Shown: positions 1 to 13,216, counted from the stretch's first letter. The stretch: DNA of 64,000 nucleotides from Chiloscyllium plagiosum (GCF_004010195.1 NC_057756.1:7444275-7508274), one strand, 5' to 3'. A program made the numbers and translations. The notes: generated by a model not told the origin, from the sequence alone.

Positions 1-452
1 GGTTGGAGGATTTGAGCTACAGGGAGAGGCTGAACAGGCTGGGACTGTTTTCCCTGGAGCGTCGGAGGCTGAGGGGTGACTTTACAGAGGTTTCTGAAGT
101 TATGAGGGGCATCGATAGGGTAAATAGGCAAAGTCTTTTCCCTGGGGTCGGGGAGTCCAGAACTAGAAAGCTTAGGTTTAGGGTGATGGGGAAAGATATA
201 AAAGAGACCTAAGGTACAACATTTTCACGCAGAGAATGGTACGTGTATGGAATGAGCTGCCAGAGGAAGTGATATAAACTGGTACAATTGCAACATTTAA
301 GGCATTTGAATGGGCATATGAATAGGAAGGGTTTGGAGGAATATGGGTCAGGTGCTGGCAGGTTGGACTCGATTGAGTTCGGATATCTGGTTAGCATGGA
401 CGGGTTGGATAGAAGGGTCGATTTCCATGCTGTACATCTCTATGACTCTATG
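1..452 (+). mobile_element. CR1-clade (HER1-like) LINE 3' end, relatively young
   Basis: Encodes LSYRERLNRLGLFSLERRRLRGD and FTQRMVRVWNELP, and ends in a ctctatgactctatg tail. It is absent at the paralogous site ~39500. Confidence 0.85.
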
Positions 453-985
453 CGATGTGGCTATACAGGACATTAGTTTGGCCGCTTCTGGAAAATAACC
501 TTCTTTTCTGGTCTGCCTGCTTTAGGAAAGTTGCTGTTAATCTTGAAAGTGATTGGAAAAGATTTACAAGGATGTCGCTGGAGATGTAAAGTCTGAGCTA
601 TAGGGAGAGGCGGGACAGGCTGGGACAGTGTTCGCTGGAGCATCAAAGGTTGAGGGCCATAGATAGAGTGAATACTCAAGATCTTCTCCCCGCGGTAAGT
701 GAGTCCAAAACGAAAGGACATAGACTTAAGCTGAGAGAGGATGGATTTAAATGGTTCTAAGCAGCAGCTTTTCCATACAGAAGTTGATATTTGCATGGAA
801 TGAGCTGCCAGAGCAAGTGCTTGAGGCTGGTACAATGGCAACACTTAAAAGGCATCTGGATGACAAAATGAATATGAAGGATTTAGAGGGGTATTGGTGA
901 AATGCTGGCAAATTGGACTTGATTAATTTTGGAAATCTGGTCAGCATGGATGAGTGGACTGAAGAGTCTATTCCTGCGCTGTTCT
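453..985 (+). mobile_element. Older CR1 3' fragment in the GPCR intron (paralogs ~19840-20575, ~39320-40030, ~61010-61750)
   Basis: Decayed CR1 ORF2 C-terminus and 3' UTR at the same intron position in all four gene copies. Confidence 0.8.
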
Positions 986-1852
986 ATAAGTGATTGAAAG
1001 TAATTGTTGGAGTGTTGCGTGGACAGCCGGCAGGGTACAGGAAGAGGTGAAACCATTTGCAAGAACAAGTTCAAATTTGTATATTCTTCCTTGCATGAAA
1101 GATTTCTTCATTTATTTTTCTTATCCTTTGTTAAACTGCCAGCTCTGTTTGGTTATCTTGATATTCATCAATGGTTTCAGTTTTCTTACAGCACATTTCA
1201 GGTTCTCAATGGTGATCCCCTGTCCATCATATCCTCAGTCCCCAAGTTGTGGTCGACTTGTTGATTCGGTGTGGATATGATCACTTATTGTGGGTGCTGG
1301 TGTTCCCATATCCTTGTGGAATATTGTTTAAAATATGTCTGTCCTGTAATGCAGCATGACATAATGTAATGGTGTCAAATCCATGTTTCTGGGTACTATA
1401 TTTTAAATATGGATGTCATTTTATGTCAGCTTGCATTGTGACCATGTTAAAATGGAGCCTAACAACATTTAAATCCAGTGGTCCTTGGCTAGGAGATCAG
1501 CTTGGCTAATTATTGGGAACACGAAAGGGAAATGGACCGGTTTCTATACTCCTCATTTTTTTTCCTTCTATTAACAGAATGATGTCAATGAAACCAATAG
1601 AATATGTTCAGTCTGATTCTGTACACAACAATAACGTATTGAACTGACCATTTTCCACCTCCAAAGCCATTTTGCAGTACTTCATGTTCAACACCACACA
1701 CTCATTTCCTTTGTTCATTGGGCACAGCTTAACACGGAATGGAATTGGGATTAAAAATATTTTTACATTTTAATATTTTCCTGACTGCCCTAATGCCATC
1801 TCAACTCAAACAGAAGGCTATTCAAAACTAATTTCACTTCTCCCTCTCACAG

Positions 1853-2694
1853 TTAATGCACTGACAATTGTGATTCTGTCACTTGGAAAATGCGAGCTCT
1901 CCAAATGCACCACGCATTATTTGGTGGCTATGGCAACAGCAGATCTGATGGTCATTGTTACTGACGTCATATTGTATCAACAAAGTCAGTACTTTTGCCA
2001 GAGATCATTCCTGCTTTATGTGAGTTCAGACTGTTCTGTCTGGTTCACTGTGACTTTCTCCGCTGACCAGTTTATGACCATTTGTTGTCGAAAACTGAAA
2101 CTGAAACTGTTATTCTTTCAACAACCTGCACTGTTTTCTTTCTAAAAAAAGCTCCTTTGTTTTACACGGGAACCAATGATTGTGGTTGATAATGTACACT
2201 GGTCCTGTCAAATTAAGGACAGCTATTATATAAGGATGGTTTATGACTGGGTTGATAAGGTGTTAACACCATTACTCCCGTTCAGTTTAGTTTTGCTCTT
2301 CAATGCTTTGACAGTTAGATACGTGTTAGTGGCGAATCGGATCCATAAAGGATTGAGGAGTCAGAACACGGAAGAGAAACGCAGTGATCCTGAGATGGAC
2401 AGTAGAAAGAAGTCAATGATTTTACTATTCGCTATATCTAGTAGTTTCATATTGCTGTGGTCACCCTATGTAATAAATTTCTTATATTATCGAATTGCAG
2501 CAATTGATCCCAAATCTTACGATGAAAGTTTGCATGTATTTGAAAGAATTGGATATATGCTGCTGAGTTTGAGTTGCTGCACAACTACGTTTATTTATGG
2601 AATAACTCAGTCGAAGTTCAGGGAACAGTTCATTAGCGCTGTAAAATACACATTGACTGCAATTAAAAGAGTGTTTACTTCGAGAATGAATTGA
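1853..2694 (+). pseudogene. GPR139/142-like class A GPCR, copy A1, exon 2 (disrupted; exon 1 would lie upstream of the window)
   Basis: Acceptor ...ctctcacAG at 1851-1852, then VNALTIVILSLGKCELSKC. The exon is 842 bp against 911 bp in intact copies. Losses are a 36-bp in-frame deletion (~2010, removes the TM3 Cys), 22 bp (~2106, frameshift to TAA at 2143-2145), 2 bp (~2157) and 9 bp (~2230), totalling 69. DRF has become DQF and NTFIY has become TTFIY. Confidence 0.92.
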
Positions 2695-3604
2695 TGAAAA
2701 TCTCTGAGACAGTACCGCATATGACTTTGTTTTCCCAGAGTGCAGCATTGAGTAGAAAATATCCTTCAAATGATTTGTGTCAAAATTCTTAGCTTGCATG
2801 AAAACACAAACAGCAGTGCAGGCTATCCTTCGATTGGATGTTGTTTTGTTTTGGATTTAATAATGAAAAAGGACTGGATTAAAGTCAAAGAAAGATAATG
2901 AGAAAGCATCGGTGGTCTTTATATATAAAACAGTTTGTAAGTCTTCAAATCACAAGCAAAAATGCCATCCCATCTGAATTAAATGTACTGTACTGAGAGA
3001 GTTTCATTTTGTACAACATCTACAGTTGTGACTCAGCAGCTTCTTTTACTTCCTGTTCTTGGGAGTTTGTTAGACTTGTTTATTCACACAACTGAATATT
3101 CTGAGCATCAAAGGACCCTACCTGATTTCACACCAAAAATGCCTGGCTTGGAATTTTCATATTAATACATTTGCAGTAGAATAACAGTTTCAAATTGTTC
3201 GGAATTAATTCCTTTCTGGGAGAGAATTTGTTCAGAATCTTCCAGTCTCTGTGAAATGCTCCAAATACCTCACTACTCAGGTTTTCATTACACAAAAAAG
3301 TCTTTATTCTTCAAAACCAAAAGCAGGTACAAAGTTGCCGTTGCTGATCATAAAAGGCTCGCAAAGCAAATTATTGCACGATATCTCTCCAGTATCACCC
3401 CAATTACCTGCTCTCTGACACAGGATGTTTTGAATTGATGGCTCCAGGAAGACTAACATACTACTGATTACCCTTCATGCACACAGACTAAAGCTCACAT
3501 TTCATCAGGTCAAAAACTGAACGCAAAAGTATATCACGTCTTCACAACATAAATTGTGCTCCTAATATCATATTCCTATGTTTTTACATTACTGCCACAA
3601 GTCA

Positions 3605-3735
3605 AACAAAATCAGGTTATAATTCAATAGGTTTATTTGGAATCACACACATTTGGAGCACTGCTGTTTCGTCAGGTGAAGTGCCATGTGACTTCCGACT
3701 GTGCCGACCCCAGTCCAACACCAGCACCTCCACCA
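3605..3735. mobile_element. Degenerate Penelope-like terminal-repeat relic (paralogs ~23990-24110, ~43140-43260)
   Basis: aggttatagtccaacaggttt...ttcatcaggtg...ccccagtccaacaccagcacctcc, with a decayed CTGANGA core on the minus strand. Family assignment is from recall. Confidence 0.5.
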
Positions 3736-5772
3736 TTTATATTATTACACTCATGGTTTATTTTCGAAACTTCCACACTCTGAATATTCTGTTAATAGAT
3801 TATTTTCTTATTTTGTATTGCTCTTTTTGGTGCTATTTGCTGAGTTATTTGCTTTACACATGTTACCTTTCGAATTTCCCTCTGGAGAAAAACGTCTCCT
3901 GTTTAATCAAAACAATGCTATTAAAAAATGACACTAATGAGTAGCACATAATGACTGAGATGTTTGTAAATTCTCATTTGGTTCAATCATATCCTTTGAA
4001 GAAGGAAGCTGCTATCCGGATGTGTTCTGACCTCCATGTGACTCCAGACTTAGTGCAATGTGGTGACTCTTAGCTGACATATTGGCAATTACCAATGGGC
4101 AATAAATGTTGGCTTCAGTGGCAACATCCACGTCCAACAAATGAATTAACATAAACAGTAATATATTTAGGTTTTTAGACGTCATCGTCTGTATTTGAAA
4201 AAAAAGAGGCTTGATTTCAAATGGTGACTTTAGTCTCAGATGTCAGGTACCATAAAATAATAGTCAAGAAAAGAACCCAATTAAGCTTTAAGTCACTTTC
4301 CCATTCTTTCTTCCGAAGTTAATGACTCAAATCTTTCTTGGTTACAACTGTCCGTTGCTGATCTTATCTGTTTGCACATATCAACAGGAAATTGGCTTCA
4401 ACTCTGGACCATTGATCACTTTCCATCCTGCCTCTAGTTGCTGGTTGCTGAAATTCACATGGATAGTCTTGCTACCTGAAAGGTGACAATTCCTATTTAT
4501 TCTGGACAGTATCTGACATTTCATCACAATAAAACCCAACTAAGAAAGAATACAAGTGAATTTAAGCTGCTCCAAATCCGATTTCAAATTGTTTCCATTC
4601 AGCATGACCTTTGTATTCCAATGGATATTAGTTCAACTATGGGTCAACTTTGAAGCTCACATTGTTGCTCCCCATTCCCAACATAGCCTCTGTCTTCCAT
4701 TACAGTTCCACCATGTGTATCTCTACAGAAAGTTCGCTCTTTGACTATTCCATTCCTCTATATATCGACTGATGTTTTCAAGCCATCCAGCACTAAGAAA
4801 GATATAAAAACACATCTGACCTTGTGAGTCAGTAGCAGTAGGTCATCTGAAATCTAAAGGCTGCACCAACATTGAATAAGTGCAAGGCTGATAAGATTAT
4901 GACTTTAAATCCACATTGTAACCTACCAATGATACCTTCACCCGACATCAAATTGCATGCACTTCGTGAGTATTGTATGACTTTGTTTCCATCACTCTCT
5001 GGTTAGAAAGTTACAAAGATACACTTCGCCATTTTCACCAAGAACTGAATTTGGAACATTGTTAAAGCCTCAATCGTTAAAGGTGTCTGTCTCACAACTC
5101 TCTTTTTAATCTCACTTTTAGAACTATGTTCAAGGTTCACTTTCGATCATCGATCATATTGTTTATGCATAGAGTTCAGTGTCATGGTTTCAGGGTGAAT
5201 TCTACTGTGAAGTATTTGTGCATTTTCATAAATCCTCATTCTTTATAAACATTTTCCTATCATGACTGACATATAGTGTTCTTTAAGAATTGTTTTGCGT
5301 GTATTTAGAGATCATTTAGTGTTCCTACTCCATTTAGCTCCTTTTTCTCTTAGAGAAAGTCATCTTACAATGATAATGGGAATGCAGGTAGGAAGGCGAA
5401 GGTAGGTACACTCTCACCTGTCTGATGTCACGGCAAAATGTAACTGTTTTACGGTCAATTGGACACTTTCTCTATGTCAGATTGAGGACAAAGAGCTCAA
5501 ATAATCAGCTTTATTTAATGATTTTATTTCCAACAAAGCTGCAGTTATTTGATGAAGGCAAAGACAGGTCGAATGAAGTCATTGGAACAAGGTGAGCCAG
5601 GTTGAGCTCAAAGAATAAGACTTCCCTGATTGGGGCTGTTACTCTGGTCCAAACAGGAAGCCCTGACTAACTGACATAAACAGGAGTGGCAGAGGCTCTG
5701 CTCACTCGAGGAGCCGGTATTGAGCTAGCTGGGTACGATGGTATGTACAATAACAGGATACTGTCCTCTCTG

Positions 5773-5775
<3 letters not shown>

Positions 5776-5811
<36 letters not shown>

Positions 5812-5985
5812 GAGAGGGAGAGAGAGAGCAAGAGAGAGAGAGAGAGAGAGAGAGAAAATATGTGTATGTGTGTGTGAGGGAGAGGTAGAGAGAGATAATG
5901 TGCATGTGTAGGTGAGAGAGATAGGGAGAGAGAATGTGTATGTGTGTGTGAGAGAGATGGACAGAAAGAGAAAATGTGTGTGTGT
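5776..5985. repeat. Compound (GT)n/(GA)n microsatellite
   Basis: Directly visible. It produces the spurious SLSL/HTHT/ERER ORFs. Confidence 0.97.
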
Positions 5986-7074
5986 AACATTTCCAGACCC
6001 CACCAGAGGGGAATTAGAAGGTGACTGTCTGTGTGTGAGTCGGTGATGATTCAGTCAGTGATGATTCAGTCAAAGTCATAGACAATTAGAAATTGCAGCT
6101 CTAATTAACCTAGAGAACCTCTTAAAAGAACATTGAAAAGGCGTCTGGGTGGGTGCAAGTATAGGAAGGGTTTAAATGGATTTGGGTCAAATGCTGGCAA
6201 ACAGAACTAGATTAATTTTGCATTTCTGCTCGGCATAGACGAGTTAGACTAAAGGGTTTGTTTCTGTGATGTACAACTCTATGATTCCATGTTTCTTACA
6301 AGTTCATGAGATAACAGACAACAAGTCAAATGAGCACTCCCCCATGATTTTATTGTCTGGTGGGGGTTGAGCTCAATGGGCCAAATGACCTACTTTGGTT
6401 CCTGCATGGTCTGTTTAGCTCAGTCAGTTGGTTTACATTCACTTATTTGGCATTGGTTGAATCCGTTGGTGCTGACGTAGCAATGGCGGACACAGTTCCC
6501 GCAATTACCCTGGGTTTAGAAAGTCCCTATTTCTGATAATGTCCAAATTGCACTCTGGGAAAATCCCTTTGCCAACATATAGTTTCTCAGCATGATGCAA
6601 AGCACAGCTTTTATATGTTTTTCTCAGCTTCCAAATTCTCTTCCTTCAATTTTGATCAAAAAATCAAAGTTGCCGCCATTTGTCAATTGATGGTGGTGAT
6701 TCAGAATTAATACAATGGATGTCAGCGGTGTTCTGTGATATAACACCAATATGGCTGCCACCTCACGGGACAAGCCCAATTTTATTAACGAGGAGGGAAG
6801 CCAGAAGAGCAATGGCTGGCTGACCCTAAGTCTGTTTTAAGTTTTTCTCCTGTTACTTTAAAATATGACCCTTAGTTTGAACTCCCACACCCGAGGGAAA
6901 ACACCCTTGTCATTCACATTATCCATGACCCCCATGATTTTAAAAGCTCTTCAGTCTCCTATAATCCTGTAAACAAACTCCCAGGCTATCCATCCTTTCT
7001 GTACAACACAAACACTTTATCAATGGCAACATCCAGGTAAATCTCTTCAGAACTCTGTCCAAGTTGGTATTTTT

Positions 7075-7865
7075 GAAAATATATGTGTGGGGATGTAGCC
7101 TTCGCTGACTAGGCCAACATTCATTGACTATCCCAAGTTGTGCCTTGAGAAGGTGGTGGGCTGTCTTCTTGAACTGCTGCAGTTCACCTGCTGTAGTTAG
7201 ACCCACAATGCCATTAGGGAGGGAATTCCAGGATTTTGACCCAACGACAATGAAGGAATGGCTGTATATTTCCAAGTCAGGATGGTGAGTGGCTTGATGG
7301 GGAGCTTGAAGTTCAGGGTATTCATACGCTCTTCTGCCTTGTCCTTGTAGATGGAAGTGTTCATGCATTTGGAAGGTGCTGTCTCAGGATCTTTGGTGAA
7401 TTTCTTCAGTGCATCTTGAAGGCAGTACACACTGCTGCTCTTGCTGGAGGGATTGGATGCTTGTGGTCGTGGTGCCAAACAAGCGGAGGCTGCTTTGCCT
7501 TTCGAGTGCTGTTGGAGGTGCACCCAACCAGGCAGGTGGGGTGCATTCCATCACACTCCTGACTTGTGCCTTGTAGATAATGGGCAGGTTTTGAGGAGAA
7601 AAGAGGTGAGTTACTCGCCACAGTATTCCAAGGTTGTGATTTGCTCTTGCAGCCATTGCATTTATATTGTGAATTCAATTGAGTTTCTGGTCAATAATAA
7701 CCCCCAGGATGTTGATAGTGGGTGATTCAGTGATTGTAACATCAGTGAATGTCAATGGGCGGTGGTTAGATTGTCTTTTATTAGGGATGGCCATTGCCTG
7801 TCATTTGTGTGGTATGAACGTTGTTAGCTATTTGCCAGCCAAAGCCTGGATATTGTCCAGATCCT
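7075..7865 (-). mobile_element. Non-LTR retrotransposon 3' part (CR1/L2 group, second family); paralog ~47565-48357
   Basis: Minus-strand peptides IYKAQVRSVMECTPPAWLGA and SFIVVGSKSWNSLPNGIV are typical of the region after the RT domain. The frame is broken by frameshifts. Confidence 0.75.
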
Positions 7866-7899
7866 TTACTGGATGTTACACAGTGATATTTCACAAGGC

Positions 7900-8510
7900 T
7901 CAGTTCTGGGATCTTTGTCCAAAGATCCCACAAATTTGTCACTCAGACTGATAGATTTGCTCTGAAGCTGTATGGCGTGTTGGCTTTCATTATCAGGGCG
8001 ATGGAGTTTAAGAGCAGCGAGGTTATGCTGCAGGTCTATAGAGCCCTGGTTGGACCACACCTGGAATATTGTGTCAAGACCTGGTCCCTTCATCATTGGA
8101 AATATCTGGAAGCTTTCGAGAGGACGCGGAGGAGATTTATCCGGATGCTGCCAGGCTTTTCCCATTGGAGCGAAGAAGAATCAGAGGTGAATTGGTAGAG
8201 GGGTACAGGATGTTGACATGCATCGATCGAGTGGATAGGCAGAGACTTTTTTTCCCATGGCAGAAACATCCATCATTAGGGGGTATGATTTTAAGGTATT
8301 TGAAAGAAGGTTTAGGGCAGATGTCAGAGGTCAGTTCTTGACACAGAGAGTGGTGGGTGTGTGGAATGAACTGCCAGCAGTAATAGTAACGTCAGATACA
8401 TTCAGCGCATTTAAGCAGCTCTTGGATAGTCATATGGGACATTGTACAATGAAGCGGATGTAGCTTAGTCTGGTCTGAGAACAGGATGAAAGGCTGGCAC
8501 AACATTGAGT
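7900..8510 (+). mobile_element. CR1 LINE 3' fragment; paralog ~48390-49030
   Basis: Encodes QVYRALVGPHLEYCV and FLTQRVVGVWNELP. Confidence 0.8.
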
Positions 8511-8649
8511 GCCCACTGGTTGTGGTCAAAGGCTCGGGCCAAAGCCTGACGGGGTACAATTGTTTGAGAAAGTTTCAACTTCATTGGCTCAACATTTTTG
8601 ACAATGAAATGCCTGCCTGTTCTCTGTTCTGTCTTCTTAGCTGAAGCCT

Positions 8650-10010
8650 AATGGGACCTCAAACAGGCACTACAACTGGAAATGCAGCAAGTGGACCATT
8701 CGGGTTCCAGGGTATTCTGACAAAAGTGGACGCACTCACCAGGTTGACTGAGCTTGGGGGACACCACTTGAATGAAGGTATTTGCATAACCTCACTCAGG
8801 AGATATCCTGAACAGAGGGTCACCAGGTCAGTCCACTGCAAAATCCTGAAAAACTGCCAAGACCTGATCAAATTTTCTCAACAATCCAGGCCAGCAGGCC
8901 ATTGTAATTGCTGCTAGTTATCGGACTTCAGACAGGAAATAATTCCCCTCTGCCTGAATTAATTAAGAGAGCTCACACGCCAGTATCCAGGACTGTGCAC
9001 ACCCTGGAAAGTCCACCTATACCTGATATGCAACCATTAAATTGCTTAGCAACAACCACATCAATACCAAATAAAATCTGGAAGTTTTGATAGGGGTTGA
9101 GGCCAATGTGCATTTTTCAGTGATTGCAGAATCAGTTTTGAACAAAATTCGCTCCGGACTCGAACCCTTAAGTTAGCGTAAGATATTGACCAGACTGAGA
9201 GTCTATGCCGGGGACAGTTCTGGTCTGTTATGAGAAGCAGCTGGTTCAGTTCCCACTGGTTGTGGTCAAAGGCTCGGGCCAAAGCCTGACGGGGTACAAT
9301 TGTTTGAGAAAGTTTCAACTTCATTGGCTCAACATTTTTGACAATGAAATGCCTGCCTGAATGAAGTCCTGATTAAATACCCAGAAGCTTTTCAGAAATG
9401 TCTAGGGACTATCATACGGGCATAGGTCACCTTACATGTTGACATGGAAGCAATTCCACAATTGTGCAAGGCCAAATTTGCCTTATGGGCAAAAGGAGAG
9501 GCAGAAATCAGGAGGCAGGAAATCGAAGGAATCATCAAACCAGTGCAGTTTGGAGAATGGTCCGCACTGGTCGTATTGATTGTGAAGCCTGAAGGGTTGG
9601 TTCACTGCAGTGGGGATTTCGAGCAAATGGTAAATCGCCTTCCACAGCTAGATAAATACCCAATCCCTCGTATACAGGGCTCATACACAAAACTGGAAAG
9701 TGGGTGTTCCTTCATGAAAGTGGATGAGCCATGAGTTCAAGTGATTAGATGAAGAATCCCAGATGCATGCTTTCCCATAAGTACAAACTTATCATTATAT
9801 ACGAGACTGCTCCTTTGGGGCATCATCAGCCTGTGCAATTTTCTAGTGGCCAATGTGTGAACATTTTACAAGGGCTCCCCCAGGTCACCATTTGTGTGGG
9901 TAATGTGCCAATCACTGGGAAAATCAATAAAGAGCATCTCAAGAACTTGGAAGTAATGCTTAAGCATTTTTCCAATGCAGATGGATGTTTTAGGGGAAAA
10001 GTATCCATAT
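8650..10010 (+). mobile_element. Decayed Gypsy/Ty3 LTR-retrotransposon gag-pol remnant
   Basis: ORF 9444-9734 EGIIKPVQFGEWSALVVLIVKPEG..CSGDFEQMVNR...DKYPIPRI matches the Gypsy RT N-terminus. The YxDD region has decayed to QVTICVGNVPITG. The 5' boundary is approximate. Confidence 0.8.
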
Positions 10011-10399
10011 AAATAACACCCATCGAGTTACTTCCGACCACTACCTTTGTCACCTCTTTAAAAATGACGGTTTCCAGGCATGAGCTAACATGAATCCATG
10101 CTGGCTCTCTTTGATTAGCTGATATTTTTGAGGTGAGTTATTACTTTCTCCTTCATTACAAGTTCTAACAACTTCCCCATCACAGATGTCAGGCTGATTC
10201 ATCTCTAATTCCCTGGTTTCCCTCTGTCTCCCTTCTCAAGGATTGGAGCAACATGAGCAAAATTCCGACCAGAGGTACAACTCCCCTTGATGATGGGATC
10301 AAGGAGCAGGGGCGTAGATTTAAGGTAAGGGGCAATGGTTACAGAGGAGATCTCAGGAAGAGACTTTTCACATTGAGGGTAGATAGAATTTACAAGAAA

Positions 10400-10895
10400 G
10401 TTATCAACACTGGATGGCTTGAGTTATAAGAAGAGGGTGAATAGAGTTTGAGTCAGAGTCATTTAGCATGGAAACATGGGAATTCTTTCACTGGAACATT
10501 GGAACCAGACGGGTGACTGGACAGAGGTTAATAAACTCATGAGGGGCATGGATACGTTGAATAGGCAAGGTCCTTTCGCCAGGATAGGGGGTATTCAATA
10601 TAGAGGCCATAGATTTAAGGTGAGTTGTGAAAGATTTAAAAGAGACCTAAGGGTTAACCTTTTTACACAGAGGTTGGTGCATGTATGGAATGAGCTGCTA
10701 GAGGGAGTGGTGGATCTGGTATAATTACAACAGTTTAAAGTCATCTGGATAGGTATATATGTATAGGAAGGCTTTAGAGGGATATGGGCTAATTGCTGGA
10801 AAATAGGATTGGATTAATTTAAGATATCTGGTCATCATGGACAAGTTGGACTGAAGTGTATGTTTCTGTGCTGTGCAGTTCTATGACGCTATGAA
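10400..10895 (+). mobile_element. CR1 3' fragment; paralog ~51525-52017
   Basis: Encodes RGHRFKV...FTQRLVHVWNEL and ends in a ctatga tail. Confidence 0.8.
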
Positions 10896-11697
10896 AAAGC
10901 AAATGCTGATGTGACACCCAATTCAAAATGGGAGAAAGGGAAAATGGATAATTGTCAGTCAGTTAGCGTAACATGTCTAAGTAGCAAAACGATGAAATCT
11001 ATTGTAAAAGATAAAATATGAGTATTTTGAAACGTGCAATCAACCAGAGTGAGCATTGAGTCATGAAAGGGAAATGATGGCTAAAGATGGATGACATTTC
11101 TTTGAGAAAGCAACAAACAGGGTAGGGGAAGTCGAACAAGTTGTGGTAATGTGTTGGAATTTCAAGGAGGTGTCACACATAAGACGTCTTTGTTGGATAG
11201 CAATCATTGGATGCAGAACATGACCATGAATAGAGGACTTGCTAACTAATAAGAAGCAGCTAGTTGGTATAGAAGGAAAACTATAGGATGATGTGACATT
11301 TAAGCAACTATTATTGACAATATATTTTCGTGATTTGAATGATGGAAATGAGTGTTCTGTCGTCATTTTACGGTCATGTACCAAACTGTTGGGAAGGCGA
11401 GGGATAAGGATGGCCCAAGGAATCCATGCAATAATATAGACAGTGTAAAGGAGTTGGAAAATAAAATTTGACAGTCGCAATGTAAAGCAGGCATGTGTGA
11501 AGTTGAACATTTAGTCAGGAAGAATAGGAGAGTTGGAAAACATTTACAATGGGGCAAGTTCAGACAAATCTTTAGGGGAGAGAAATTTGTGGGTCCCACA
11601 ACAGGGTGTGATAGAATCTTAGAGTCATAGATATGTACAACACGCAAATAGCGCCTTCGGCCCAACTCATCCAGGCTGACCAGATATCTGAAGTTCA

Positions 11698-11826
11698 GAG
11701 AAAGTGAGGACTGCAGATGTTGGAGATCAGTCGAAAAAGGTGGTGCTGGAAAAGCACAGCAGGTCTGGCAGTGTCAGAGGAGCAGGAGAATTGACGTTTT
11801 GGGAATAAGACCTTCATAATTCCTGA
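11698..11826 (-). mobile_element. Short Penelope-type terminal fragment with a degenerate hammerhead core; paralog ~52826-52955
   Basis: Same family as 35262-35386 (gagaaagtgaggactgcagatg...). Confidence 0.65.
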
Positions 11827-11924
11827 TAATGTCAGAATTAATGACAAATAGTAAAACCTAACCTGAAATCTCTCTGTTGAAAGAAATCTGACTATGATCG
11901 GATGAATCAAGACAGAGGACAAAG

Positions 11925-12415
11925 TAGCAAACTTTTCGATGCAACTTAGAAGGCATCCGGTCCAGATGGATCAACTGCTCTGCTCAAGACCACAAGAAAT
12001 TACAGAGAGTTGGGAGCACAATCCAATTCATCATACAAACCAACCTTCCTTTCATTGACTTCATCCACAATTCCCATGGCCATTGGAAAGCAGCCAACAT
12101 CTTCAAAGACCCTTCCCACCCGAGCTATACATTGTTTCACTCGCTTCCATCAGGCAAAAGATATAATAGCTTGAAAACATGCAGAAACAGATTCAAGAAC
12201 AGCTTCTTCCTCGCTGTTATCAGACTCATGAATGGCTCTCCTGTGTAGTAGACTTGATTATTCTCTGCACCTTCTCTATCATTGTAACACTACATTCAAT
12301 GTTCTCTTCTATTACCCTGATGTATTTACGTAAGGTATGATCTGTCCAGAACACACGCAAAACAATCTTTTTCGCTTTTTATCAGTGCATGCGACAATAA
12401 TAAATGAAATAAAAT
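11925..12415 (+). mobile_element. Rex1/Babar-like LINE 3' end (related copies ~32880-33340, ~35090-35875, ~53045-53540)
   Basis: Contains cttccatcaggc...ttcaagaacagcttcttc (RFKNSFF motif) and an aataaa(tgaaa)n tail. The clade call is from recall. Confidence 0.6.
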
Positions 12416-12784
12416 GGAACCCACTGCGGCATATTAATGACTGATCTGTAGGACTAGAATCTTTTCGATACTGGTCAGTTCTATTGCCACGTAATGACTT
12501 TCAGGATATCCAAAGCCATAGCTCATTGGATGGTGATGGTGATGATAATACAATGCAACAATAACAAGGTTAAATGATGTATTTCATTTGAAGAGTCTTA
12601 CATGGAAACATACAGATTATAAGCTGGTGATAGGACAGGTGAAGAGGAAAAATGACGTGCAAACGCAGTCAAATGTCTCAGCAATAATTTGAATCGGAGA
12701 CCCAAAAATCTTACATGGTATGAAATTATTGGGGATGAAAATAGGAAGCATTTTAGATCCACTCAGGGTTGAAGTGTAAAATTT

Positions 12785-13216
12785 NNNNNNNNNNNNNNNN
12801 NNNNNNNNNNNNNNNNNNNNNNNNNNNNNNNNNNNNNNNNNNNNNNNNNNNNNNNNNNNNNNNNNNNNNNNNNNNNNNNNNNNNNNNNNNNNNNNNNNNN
12901 NNNNNNNNNNNNNNNNNNNNNNNNNNNNNNNNNNNNNNNNNNNNNNNNNNNNNNNNNNNNNNNNNNNNNNNNNNNNNNNNNNNNNNNNNNNNNNNNNNNN
13001 NNNNNNNNNNNNNNNNNNNNNNNNNNNNNNNNNNNNNNNNNNNNNNNNNNNNNNNNNNNNNNNNNNNNNNNNNNNNNNNNNNNNNNNNNNNNNNNNNNNN
13101 NNNNNNNNNNNNNNNNNNNNNNNNNNNNNNNNNNNNNNNNNNNNNNNNNNNNNNNNNNNNNNNNNNNNNNNNNNNNNNNNNNNNNNNNNNNNNNNNNNNN
13201 NNNNNNNNNNNNNNNN
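12785..13216. other. Assembly gap (432 N)
   Basis: Run of N. Confidence 1.

Noticed and set aside
5667..6003. Overlapping ORFs with SLSL/HTHT/ERER runs (also 45221-45598)
   Set aside because: They are translations of dinucleotide microsatellites.
11785..11826. Functional hammerheads at 11785-11826, ~52915-52955 and in the 3605/23990/43140 relics
   Set aside because: The core nucleotides and stem II are mutated (for example GAAA to AAAA, or CUGA lost).
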